A stretch of DNA of 56,758 bases from a virus (IMGVR_UViG_3300031566_000037:1-56758); one strand, 5' to 3'; shown: positions 45,270 through 53,041, counted from the first letter of the stretch. Translations and numbers: made by a program. The notes: generated by a model not told the origin, from the letters alone.

Positions 45270-46126
45270 CTGAGATCCTCTATCGATGGCACTTCAAAAT
45301 CACAACCCTCTTCATCTGCACCATCGTCTCCGGCGTCATTATCAGCCGCTCGGTCAAGTCCTGTGGCTGCGAAACTAACATCAAGGTGTCCGCCGTTAGA
45401 TCCGGGATTGTCAGGATCGGGATCCCCCACAGGCTCTTCGGCGACCTCCTCGGCGGTAGCAGGGATGGCCTGGGTATCGCCCCCGGGCGGGACTTCAAAA
45501 AGGACTCCATGAAGGTCTCCTTCCTGCGGCGCATCCTTCACGCCACGCAATGCCATTTGCGTCCGCGCATCGGTTACGGTCGTTACTTGCTCCCGGCCCA
45601 GCAGCGTGCGGAGTTGTCGCAGGTGTTTGCGCACTGCCGGAATGTTGTCCGCCGGCACCTCCGCGAATTCCCCCTTGCCGCCTCCAGGCGACGCGTTGTT
45701 CGTTGTCTGATTGATAAAGGCAAAAACCGGCGACTGCTCGGTCTTGCCGAAACCCAAGATCATCGCCTGCAACCGGATCGCCTCGAGCACCCGCGCGTCA
45801 GCCGCTGTGCGTGCATTGTAGTCGGGTTCGGTCACTAACTGCGGTTTCTCCTCCTTGCCCTGGCGCACCTCCCGAACCTTCACGGCCTTGTCGGCGATCC
45901 TATTTTGCCGAGTAATTACCGTCCCGATCCTCGTGAGCATCTCGCCCACGGCACAGCCGTCAATGATCAGGAGATCGGTATAGCGCTTATAAATCATCTT
46001 CAGATCATTAACCACCGTCGCCCGGGTTACCTTCACCTCCTCGGCAATCTGCGTTGGGTTCGCCCCCCGCGCGGCAAGGCTCAAAACCTGCTTTTCACGT
46101 TCCCAGCGTTCCTGCCTATCCGACAT
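45266..46126 (-). CDS. putative terminase small subunit (HTH, acidic tail)
   Basis: ATG at 46126 lies 8 nt after GGAGGG. LSLAARGANPTQIAEEVKVTRATVVNDL is a helix-turn-helix. Assigned from position upstream of terL. Confidence 0.5.
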   Translation of the reverse strand: MSDRQERWEREKQVLSLAARGANPTQIAEEVKVTRATVVNDLKMIYKRYTDLLIIDGCAVGEMLTRIGTVITRQNRIADKAVKVREVRQGKEEKPQLVTEPDYNARTAADARVLEAIRLQAMILGFGKTEQSPVFAFINQTTNNASPGGGKGEFAEVPADNIPAVRKHLRQLRTLLGREQVTTVTDARTQMALRGVKDAPQEGDLHGVLFEVPPGGDTQAIPATAEEVAEEPVGDPDPDNPGSNGGHLDVSFAATGLDRAADNDAGDDGADEEGCDFEVPSIEDLR

Positions 46127-46805
46127 CCGTATCGCCCTCCGCAAGACCGACTGCCCCCAGGTACCCTCGCACCATTACCATCAGCGCCTTGCCCCGGGAA
46201 ACGCCTCCGGCTAACGCGCTGGCCCGCGTCAAGGCCTCCTCGAGCAGCGCCGGATCGTCCTCCACCACGAAGGAGACGATCTTCGGTCGCGTCCGCCCCG
46301 CCTCCTCCTCCTCGGCATCCAGGTCGACCTCTAAGGCATCGGATACCTTCGAAAGTTCAAGCGCATCCCGGAGCTCCGCCTCGCTGTAGGGGAGATGCGT
46401 CTCGAGGTCGTCGATCGATAGATCCGTCGACAGATCCTGAACCAGCTTCGCAAACAATGCTTGCACCGACTGCCCCTTGAGTTCGTTCAGGTTGATCGAT
46501 AGGATCTTCGCTTCACGATCGCCCAGGTCGACCACGCTGCAGGGGACGGCCGTGTAGTCTAACTCCTGCGCCGCCATCCAGCGATGATAGCCACCGAGGA
46601 TCTCCCAGCGCCCATCGTGCGGACGCACCACCAGCGGCTCTACAAAGCCCCGGGCTTTTATGTAAGCCCGGAGTTTCGCATATGTCTCCGCGTCCATGCG
46701 ATTCGGATTCCATGGATTAGGTACCAAATCGCCGATCGGAATTTCCCGAATATCCATCTTGCCCTCGCTCTCGCCCCGAGCCATGTCCACCACGGCCAGA
46801 GCCAT
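46116..46805 (-). CDS. ParB-like nuclease domain protein
   Basis: IPIGDLVPNPWNPNRMD...PLVV...ILGGYHRWMAAQ matches the ParB N-terminal domain. The true start may be 46757 (GAGGG RBS). Confidence 0.85.
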   Translation of the reverse strand: MALAVVDMARGESEGKMDIREIPIGDLVPNPWNPNRMDAETYAKLRAYIKARGFVEPLVVRPHDGRWEILGGYHRWMAAQELDYTAVPCSVVDLGDREAKILSINLNELKGQSVQALFAKLVQDLSTDLSIDDLETHLPYSEAELRDALELSKVSDALEVDLDAEEEEAGRTRPKIVSFVVEDDPALLEEALTRASALAGGVSRGKALMVMVRGYLGAVGLAEGDTDVG

Positions 46806-46918
46806 TCAATTCGCAATGCGTCAAGCAGATCCTGCTCGCTGATAATGTAATCGATAAACCGATCGGCCTGAGCATAGGTGATGAAGGTTTCGGCCTGGCC
46901 CAGCGGTAGACCCAACAT
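46658..46918 (-). CDS. questionable ORF (86 aa) overlapping the ParB start
   Basis: The N-terminal ~38 aa look protein-like. The remainder is the out-of-frame, Trp/Arg-rich reading of the ParB 5' end. Confidence 0.3.
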   Translation of the reverse strand: MLGLPLGQAETFITYAQADRFIDYIISEQDLLDALRIEWLWPWWTWLGARARARWIFGKFRSAIWYLIHGIRIAWTRRHMRNSGLT

Positions 46919-47082
46919 CACGCCCTCACCCTTCTCGCGGCCTCGAGGATCCCGCAGATCTGTGCAATCGCAACCCGCGTCATTAAAGTTTCCAAACGCC
47001 CGACCGCTTCCTCGATCCGATCAAGAAACTCCTGCAGGCCCGGCGCCGTAACTGTCACATTCATCTTCCCCACTCGTGCCAT
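46918..47082 (-). CDS. hypothetical mini-protein (54 aa)
   Basis: Below the track cut-off. ATG at 47082 preceded by AAGGAGGGCGAG. Confidence 0.4.
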   Translation of the reverse strand: MARVGKMNVTVTAPGLQEFLDRIEEAVGRLETLMTRVAIAQICGILEAARRVRA

Positions 47083-47106
47083 CTCGCCCTCCTTGCATCG
47101 CCCCGC

Positions 47107-48126
47107 CTACCTCACGCGGATCACATACTCCACATTTGTCGCCCGATGCCGATCCGATGCCAGCGCTGCCAGGTGTGTGCATTTGATCTCCTCCACCTCT
47201 ATATCTTCACGGAACTTCCGGATGCTGTCAACTAGCTCCGCGATCGGAAACCCCTGGTTGCCACAGGATAGAACCCAGGTGGGAAACTTCTCGCAGGCTA
47301 TAAATAAATCCTCCAATGCCGATCGCGCCTCCTTCGTCGAGAATACACTGCGCGGCGCCTTCGATATCGCGCCCGCCAAGATCGAATCCAACACCCGAAG
47401 GCTCTGCTCATAACTCTGCGTGCCCACATACGGCGGATCCAGGTAGACCACGTCCCCCTCTACTCGATCGAGAAAGTCGAAGACGTCCAGCTGGTGCGCC
47501 TCGTTCTGAAGCCCGTTGGTGAATACCCCCTTGTTTACATACGACAGCACCCGCCTGGCAACCGTCCGCGGATGCCCCGCTATGTTCCGCGCCAAGATGT
47601 CACGAACGTAGTTCTGATTCATCTCCTCCCACTTCCCGTCCTCCGCCTGCTGGATGATCGTCTTCGCCCCGAAGTTCCCCGCCGGACGCATCCGTAAAAT
47701 GTACTTGATCAAAAGAAGCAGAAGCATCCACCGCTTGACACCCTCCGCTCGATGCGCCCAATAAAATGCCCGATCGAGAAAACGCGCGTGGCGTGTCGTG
47801 AATACCCCATAGGCGAAATGGTCGGCAATGAAGGTCTGTGGCTCCGGGGGCTTCACGAAAAGCCGATCGATGTCTAACTCGTCTAAGCGTACACGATCGT
47901 TTGCAATCAATGCCTGGCCGACAACATGACTCCGAAATGCAATGCCGTTCGCCAGTACCCGATAACCCCGAGCCTTCCCGAAAAGTGAGACGCTGCCGCC
48001 CCCCATGAAGGCATCCACCAGAACGGGGGCTTCCGAGGGCGGCGGGATCCACTTGAAGATGTGACCGAGTAGACGACGCTTGCCGCCCAGGTAGAGCGGC
48101 AGTGCCCGAAGCCTCGACCAGGCCAT
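47107..48126 (-). CDS. D12-class N6-adenine DNA methyltransferase (Dam-like)
   Basis: Motifs YLGGKRRL, FMGGGSV (FxGxG) and VYLDPPYV (DPPY). ATG at 48126 coupled to the upstream stop (TGATG). Confidence 0.85.
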   Translation of the reverse strand: MAWSRLRALPLYLGGKRRLLGHIFKWIPPPSEAPVLVDAFMGGGSVSLFGKARGYRVLANGIAFRSHVVGQALIANDRVRLDELDIDRLFVKPPEPQTFIADHFAYGVFTTRHARFLDRAFYWAHRAEGVKRWMLLLLLIKYILRMRPAGNFGAKTIIQQAEDGKWEEMNQNYVRDILARNIAGHPRTVARRVLSYVNKGVFTNGLQNEAHQLDVFDFLDRVEGDVVYLDPPYVGTQSYEQSLRVLDSILAGAISKAPRSVFSTKEARSALEDLFIACEKFPTWVLSCGNQGFPIAELVDSIRKFREDIEVEEIKCTHLAALASDRHRATNVEYVIRVR

Positions 48127-48374
48127 CAGCGATTGCCCCCAAGATCCCTGCAGATCGCGTTCGGACAATTGTGCACCAGGCCACTCCCGATGTGAAACTC
48201 GGTCGGCTCAAAAAACGTCACGTTGATCATGACGCCATCGCCCAAGGCAAGCAGCCGAATGAGCCGGTGCCGGACAGTGCGCAATGTCAAAGGGTTCCAG
48301 TGACGCGAGATCCAGCCGCCGAGGCGCCAGAGCCGTCTGTGGCGCGAGCGCAAACACCAGGTGAGAAAATCCAT
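48126..48374 (-). CDS. hypothetical basic protein (82 aa), first gene of the late block
   Basis: ATG at 48374 lies 7 nt after AAGGAGG. Confidence 0.5.
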   Translation of the reverse strand: MDFLTWCLRSRHRRLWRLGGWISRHWNPLTLRTVRHRLIRLLALGDGVMINVTFFEPTEFHIGSGLVHNCPNAICRDLGGNR

Positions 48375-48475
48375 GACGCGCCTCCTTGAGAGATTGAGGT
48401 CGATGAGCACCCGCTGGAAGCCCACCGACCTCACCCAAAACGGAGTGTGACGAGGATGAGTCGTCAGCGACGACC

Positions 48476-48504
48476 ACTCTACCATGGCCCGGGAGTGACG
48501 ACAA
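48476..48504 (-). promoter_or_regulatory. candidate sigma70-like promoter with AT-rich UP-like tract
   Basis: Minus strand reads gaatttttata TTGTCG, then a 17-nt spacer (tcactcccgggccatgg), then TAGAGT. Confidence 0.4.
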
Positions 48505-48763
48505 TATAAAAATTCACCCCGGCGTTCCCGTGTGTGAAAAATGACGACCAAGACAAGACACCCGGGCGATCCTGCCCGTGATCAGAGGTGGGGGATAGAG
48601 CAAAATTCGTGCCATCGATTTACGCTAATTTGCATTCTGCGCTGCCGGCCTTGCATGTTTTCGCACAGATTCTGCTTTGCTGTGAGTGCCCTTGCTGATC
48701 GTTGCCGACCCTTGTCGATCAAACTGATCATTTGAGCAATCGCTGTCGTCATTTGACCGGGTT

Positions 48764-48780
48764 TTGCACATGCTGTGCAA
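48764..48780. promoter_or_regulatory. Perfect palindrome TTGCACA-tgc-TGTGCAA (operator-like)
   Basis: 7-bp arms read directly from the sequence. Lies within the spacer/-10 of a plus-strand TTGACC-17 nt-TGCAAT promoter-like motif at 48753..48781. Confidence 0.5.
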
Positions 48781-48972
48781 TCAGTGTGGAACGTTGTGTT
48801 CTACAGTCACGGTGTTTGCTGATTGTGACACCTGGACAGCTGCTGTCCGCTTTTGCAGATAGCGAGCTTTAGAGTCACGCTCCTTGCACATGCTTGCGTA
48901 TGCGTGTGGAATCGCACTGATTTCTTGGTCAGGTTTGGCAGATTGTGTGCTTTGGTGTGGGTGATTTCGCAG

Positions 48973-49432
48973 GTGAGTGGACAGAGTGGTGCCCTGGTGC
49001 TGCTCGGTGCGGGCGAAGTGGGCTGCGGAGAGTGGAATTTGCACTCACATTTCCACAGAAGTGGGCTGCGGAGAGTCGTATGTGGGTGCTTTTTCAGTCG
49101 GAAGTGGGGCGATAGTGGCAGGGTCAGTGATGCTCCCGGGGTGATGGTGGAGCCATGGTGGGCTGCGCGGAGTCGATGTGACACTTGATTTGAGGGCAAA
49201 GTGGGCTGCGAAGACTGTGATTATGACTCACATTCCACCGTCAGTGGGCTGGAATAGTGGGTGTTATCACCCAGGACACGACTGATGCATGACTGTGTGT
49301 GTCCGCCAGGCGGCGCCGGTGGGACGCCGTCCCAGGATATGACTCATTATTACACTCATGTTTCACTCGAAGTGGGCTGCGCTGACTCAAACGTGAGTGC
49401 TTTTTCAGCCGAAAGTGGGCTGCCCGCCCGGG
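48973..49432 (+). repeat. Phased array of ~18-bp direct repeats (iteron-like), core GTGGGCTGCGgAGaGTsG
   Basis: Core starts at 48973 (degenerate), 49018, 49061, 49104, 49158, 49201, 49244, (49319 degenerate), 49372 and 49415. The spacings are mostly exactly 43 bp. Confidence 0.8.
49257..49279. repeat. 23-bp repeat GTGGGTGTTATCACCCAGGACAC, copy 1
   Basis: 22 of 23 bases identical to 49915..49937. Contains the inverted repeat GGGTG-n4-CACCC. Confidence 0.8.
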
Positions 49433-49443
49433 GAAGTCATGAC

Positions 49444-49461
49444 TGTCACATGCCTGTGACA
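49444..49461. promoter_or_regulatory. Perfect palindrome TGTCACA-tgcc-TGTGACA (operator-like)
   Basis: 7-bp arms. Related in form to the 48764 palindrome (shared CACATGC-TGTG core). Adjacent to the GTCATGAC palindrome at 49436-49443. Confidence 0.5.
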
Positions 49462-49811
49462 CATCCTCTGGTGGGTGAAAACCCGCAGATATTGGAGAGT
49501 TCTTTTGAAGGCAATGTGGTAGCCTGTCTAACTTTAGCGATCCAGAGACGCGAGCCTGCTGGCGCTTCCCGGGTGCCCGGGGGCAGCCGCGAGCTCCCGG
49601 ATCCTCCAGACAGCACACCTGTAATCGCCCGTAACGGCGGCCTCTCCCGCATGATCGCATAAAAGGCATTATGTCAACTTGGCTGAAATGCGCAGGTTTT
49701 GCACCTGTTGATACTATGACATCCCCGGGTGTGTTCCCCGCGCGGCGAACATCCCGCGAGCGCCGCCGGACATGTCCACAATCCGTCCACACACTGTGGA
49801 TAACCGACCGG

Positions 49812-49877
49812 AGTGACCACTTTTGAAGTCATATGCGACTGTCGAGCGACTGTCGAAAGTGACCACTTTTAGAGTCA
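49812..49877. repeat. Composite repeat: AGTGACCACTTTTGAAGTCA, 2x GCGACTGTCGA, AGTGACCACTTTTAGAGTCA
   Basis: 20-mers at 49812-49831 and 49858-49877 differ at 2 positions. They flank a tandem 11-mer at 49835-49856. Confidence 0.8.
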
Positions 49878-49914
49878 GCAAGCAGTCATGCCGGAGTCAT
49901 GGATCAGTCATGCG

Positions 49915-49937
49915 GTGGGTGTTTTCACCCAGGACAC
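49915..49937. repeat. 23-bp repeat GTGGGTGTTTTCACCCAGGACAC, copy 2
   Basis: See 49257..49279. Confidence 0.8.
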
Positions 49938-50131
49938 ACCCTCACAGTCATCCTGTGAGTCATCCTCGCAGGATCCCCGGGGTAGCCCCGGAAACGAAGG
50001 CCACAGAGCGCCCGTGTGCGTCGACCGCAAGCCCTCGCGGCTCCCAGGTCGTATCCCCGGCGATCGCCTCACACACGCGACGTGTGCGCGAACCTGCCCC
50101 CGGCATGCCCTAGTGTATGGGTGAAATAAGC

Positions 50132-50165
50132 AAAAAAAAGACCGACCGGAGGGTGCTCTTCCCGG
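50132..50165 (-). terminator. Possible terminator of the early block (T8 tract)
   Basis: On the minus strand a short GC stem (CCGG...CCGG, only 4-5 bp) is followed by tcggtc and TTTTTTTT (50132-50139). It lies about 80 nt after the stop at 50221. The stem is weak. Confidence 0.35.
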
Positions 50166-50220
50166 GCAGAGGCAGATTTACCGCCCTAACCATATGGCCC
50201 ATATAGCCCCCGCAATCGCC

Positions 50221-50601
50221 CTATTTGCCTACCTTCGCCGCACGGCAGCGCTGCAGCGTCTCTGCGTCCATCCGAACCTTCCGCCCGTTCAGCGTTCTAT
50301 CACATATATCACACGGCATAAGCAGGCTTCGGCTAGACGCGAACGTATCATCCTCCAGGTGAAACTTCACTCTACACGCCACGCAGACGATCGCGACTCT
50401 CTCTTCGATTTCGCCACGCCATCTGTGGTGTCTCATCCCTGCCCATTTGTGCACTATGCCATCGATCGTGCCCGGGGTAACCTCGAGGATCCCGGCGTAA
50501 TCGATAATGAGTTGTCGTTTGGGGTCTTCGGAGAATGGTGCTTCGAGGTCGCAGATACAGCACACCGCCTCTGCGAGAGCGCATTTATCATCACAAGCCA
50601 T
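50221..50601 (-). CDS. Cys-rich protein (126 aa)
   Basis: ATG at 50601 lies 7 nt after GGAGG. Multiple CxxC-like pairs (CDDKC, CCIC, CVAC, CDIC). Confidence 0.6.
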   Translation of the reverse strand: MACDDKCALAEAVCCICDLEAPFSEDPKRQLIIDYAGILEVTPGTIDGIVHKWAGMRHHRWRGEIEERVAIVCVACRVKFHLEDDTFASSRSLLMPCDICDRTLNGRKVRMDAETLQRCRAAKVGK

Positions 50602-50977
50602 CGTCAGCCTCCGGTTCATCATCAGCGAGTTTGATTTCACATGCCGCGGCCTTGACCGCCTCGGGATCGAGCAGGTCGACTCCGGCCAGGTCGGTAAGGA
50701 TAAGGCACATGGCCGCGAGGGTAACGGCGTTCTTCCTGACATCCTCCTTGAGCGCATCGGGCAGCGGCTCATGCCCCTGGTATCCCATCGCGCCGAGCAC
50801 CGTGTGCAGCAGGCTGGTATAGGAATCGGCGATCTGACACGCCGTATAGGCGATAGTGCCGGCACGCCAGTTGCCGTCGCGGCGGTAGACCTGGAGTAGG
50901 CGTTTGCGGAGTAAGGATGCGAAGGGGGGGATGAATTGTGAGACTGCAGACGAATATAAAGGATCTTTTTCTAGCAC
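50591..50977 (-). CDS. hypothetical protein (~128 aa)
   Basis: GTG at 50977 lies 9 nt after GGAGGGG. An alternative ATG at 50995 lacks an RBS. Confidence 0.5.
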   Translation of the reverse strand: MLEKDPLYSSAVSQFIPPFASLLRKRLLQVYRRDGNWRAGTIAYTACQIADSYTSLLHTVLGAMGYQGHEPLPDALKEDVRKNAVTLAAMCLILTDLAGVDLLDPEAVKAAACEIKLADDEPEADDGL

Positions 50978-51032
50978 AGTAGTGTTCCCCTCCATTTGGA
51001 ACAGCGGAAGCGCGCGGCCTCCGGGGAGACGC

Positions 51033-51068
51033 CTCTCCCTGGCGGGAGAGGGCAGGCTATCGCCTGCC
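51033..51068 (-). promoter_or_regulatory. Two abutting perfect 7-bp GC hairpins with tetraloops
   Basis: Plus strand reads CTCTCCC-tggc-GGGAGAG (51033-51050), directly followed by GGCAGGC-tatc-GCCTGCC (51051-51068). Intergenic. Confidence 0.45.
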
Positions 51069-51075
51069 GTATCGT

Positions 51076-51360
51076 TCAGGACTTTTCTTCTATTTCCACT
51101 TCGACACCGGGCGAGGTTATCGGTGGTGTTTCCGGCTCGAGTTCGAGGCAGAGTGTGGTCACGCATTGCCAGGTGTCCTCGTCGGTCGTTTCCAGCACGA
51201 TATCGCCTTTACCGATGAGGCGACCGATATCGTTATTATTTATCGCATCACTGAGCGCGGTGGCCTCATCATAGGTTTCGGACAGATCGGCGAGGCGTTC
51301 TCGTATGATGGCCAGGTCGGTCACTTCGAGAACAGTGATCATTGTTGCCTTGTATTTCAC
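51076..51360 (-). CDS. hypothetical acidic protein (94 aa)
   Basis: GTG start 5 nt after AAAGGAGGAA. GTGA overlap with the upstream stop. Confidence 0.55.
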   Translation of the reverse strand: MKYKATMITVLEVTDLAIIRERLADLSETYDEATALSDAINNNDIGRLIGKGDIVLETTDEDTWQCVTTLCLELEPETPPITSPGVEVEIEEKS

Positions 51361-51764
51361 GTTTGTTCCTCCTTTCGCCAGTGTGCGGCAAGGCGTGAGG
51401 CGATGCCATGCATCCGGCGCGTGAGATATGCTTTGCCAGTTTCAGGATCCACGCCCTTGCGTTTCCGCCAGAGCATTTCTTCACACCTGCCATCGGGTGT
51501 GCGGTCGCAGATACCATACACGTCACGGAATCGGCGCCGGAGTTCGGTTGTAAATACACCATCAGGGGCTTTGCCGCTCGCGAGCCACTTCCACAGCACA
51601 TATTGTGCGGCGTCAAAGCCGAGCGAGATAAACACGTCCATATCCTTGCGACCCTGCGTGGGGATATACTCGTTGACGAGCCAGGCGTACCAATCGCCTT
51701 CGGTGGTGAACTCGCGCAGGGGACGCAGGCCCAGCCGCGTGAGCAGGCGATCAGCCGGGCGCAT
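51357..51764 (-). CDS. hypothetical protein (135 aa)
   Basis: ATG at 51764 coupled (TGATG) to the upstream membrane mini-gene. Confidence 0.55.
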   Translation of the reverse strand: MRPADRLLTRLGLRPLREFTTEGDWYAWLVNEYIPTQGRKDMDVFISLGFDAAQYVLWKWLASGKAPDGVFTTELRRRFRDVYGICDRTPDGRCEEMLWRKRKGVDPETGKAYLTRRMHGIASRLAAHWRKEEQT

Positions 51765-51913
51765 CAAAGGCTCCATATGCCAGCGAGAAATCGTCCCAGG
51801 TAGACAGGCCAGATGAACAGCGCCCACAGGATCGTCCAGCCTTTGAGTGACAGCAGTCCCACGGTGCCGAGCCATCCGATGGCCCAGAGCGGACCAGAAG
51901 TTTCAGTCTTCAT
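51764..51913 (-). CDS. two-helix membrane mini-protein (49 aa)
   Basis: Below the track cut-off. ATG at 51913 preceded by AAAGGAGAAAGAG. Sequence MKTETSGPLWAIGWLGTVGLLSLKGWTILWALFIWPVYLGRFLAGIWSL. Confidence 0.55.
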   Translation of the reverse strand: MKTETSGPLWAIGWLGTVGLLSLKGWTILWALFIWPVYLGRFLAGIWSL

Positions 51914-51954
51914 CTCTTTCTCCTTTCATGTTCAGACACGCCAGCGCCAGGCCA

Positions 51955-52161
51955 TCAGCGGCACCTCAAACGGGCGAGGACGCCTTGTTGGCGGCGTTCC
52001 TCTATCTCGCGCTGGCGGTGTTCCCGCCCGATCAGGCATCCGATAACTGCGATCAGCTCATCCCTGGTCATATCCTTGACCGGACGCCCCATGAAGTGAG
52101 TGCGGATGCCAGCCATATACCACTCCCAGAACGCTTTAGCCTTACGAATCGGAGTCAACAT
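51955..52161 (-). CDS. hypothetical protein (68 aa)
   Basis: ATG at 52161 preceded by GGGAGGAGG. Confidence 0.55.
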   Translation of the reverse strand: MLTPIRKAKAFWEWYMAGIRTHFMGRPVKDMTRDELIAVIGCLIGREHRQREIEERRQQGVLARLRCR

Positions 52162-52192
52162 CAGGCGCCTCCTCCCATCTCTCGCTCGAGGT

Positions 52193-52348
52193 CTATGATA
52201 TCCCTCTCGATCTCCTCGAGGCGACGCGATCGGTCGCCGCCCCGGAATAGAGACCAAACAGCAGGTCGCGGCCAGCATTTGCTCGCACCTCGAACAGGAT
52301 GGCTTTAAGTATCTTCAAGATCTTTCTCTCGTTGGTGGTCACGGCCAT
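52193..52348 (-). CDS. hypothetical mini-protein (51 aa)
   Basis: Below the track cut-off. ATG at 52348 preceded by GGAGAGGAGGCG. Confidence 0.45.
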   Translation of the reverse strand: MAVTTNERKILKILKAILFEVRANAGRDLLFGLYSGAATDRVASRRSRGIS

Positions 52349-52589
52349 CGCCTCCTCTCCTCCGGGCGGCCGTCTTTTTCAGCCACGCACACATGCGCTG
52401 CCATGCCGACGGGGACGTTGCGTACTCCGGACAGGTATAGGCATAGGGACAGTCCAGCCGGAGCGCGCCGCCCTTATCCTGGCCTGTCAGCCCTGAGCGC
52501 GGGCACCGCCATTTGCCTTCGAAATAGACCCGGTTCCCGCTGCGCCTGGTCACGAGTTCAATCCCATTCTGCCAGCGACAGATTTTCAT
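52305..52589 (-). CDS. Cys-rich protein (94 aa)
   Basis: ATG at 52589 (ATGA overlap). Confidence 0.45.
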   Translation of the reverse strand: MKICRWQNGIELVTRRSGNRVYFEGKWRCPRSGLTGQDKGGALRLDCPYAYTCPEYATSPSAWQRMCAWLKKTAARRRGGDGRDHQREKDLEDT

Positions 52590-52804
52590 GGCGGCCACGC
52601 AGTGTAGTCTGGCTCATCGACCGTAGCCTTGACGTGCCGGAAAGCCTTGGCGGCATCGATACATGCCGGGTTATCGTTGCAATAGCGGACGTTCTGCGTC
52701 ATCGTCCCGGGCGGCAGGTCATGCTCCACGCTGGTGTCCGATGAGAACACGCTGATCTTCTCATCCGGCCTGACCGCACCGCAGATATGGCATCGCCATT
52801 TCAT
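52586..52804 (-). CDS. zinc-ribbon protein (72 aa)
   Basis: Cysteine pattern CHICG...YCNDNPAC. Confidence 0.5.
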   Translation of the reverse strand: MKWRCHICGAVRPDEKISVFSSDTSVEHDLPPGTMTQNVRYCNDNPACIDAAKAFRHVKATVDEPDYTAWPP

Positions 52805-52816
52805 AAGCGCCCCCCC

Positions 52817-53041
52817 CTATGTTAGTATCTCTCCGTCCCCCCAGCATTGTGGCGCCCATGCCGATGGACAGCACCTGGGCGGGAAAAGCCCGCAAATCTC
52901 ATCAATAAGATGGCACCAATGCGCCACCGCGTACCGATCCCCATGTGTATGGAGTTCCACACGAGCATACTCATAATGCTTGCACTGAGGGCGCTTCGGT
53001 TCCGTCTGCGCCAACGCGTCATAGATCTCCGGGTCTGTCAT
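52817..53041 (-). CDS. hypothetical protein (74 aa)
   Basis: ATGA overlap with the upstream stop. Confidence 0.5.
   Translation of the reverse strand: MTDPEIYDALAQTEPKRPQCKHYEYARVELHTHGDRYAVAHWCHLIDEICGLFPPRCCPSAWAPQCWGDGEILT

Noticed and set aside
48973-49432. CRISPR array or other guide-RNA array (e.g. TIGR-like) as an explanation of the 43-bp periodic repeats
   Set aside because: The conserved core is only about 18 bp and degenerate. The 'spacers' share sequence with one another. No cas, Nop-domain, TnpB/IscB or reverse-transcriptase gene is present anywhere in the genome.
48781-49792. Several 80-180-aa ORFs on both strands inside the gene desert (e.g. 48807..49199, 48853..49188, 49241..49792, 49823..50113)
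   Set aside because: They overlap each other in different frames, lack Shine-Dalgarno sequences and have Cys/His/Arg/Ser/Pro-rich composition. They are explained by repeats that happen to lack stop codons.
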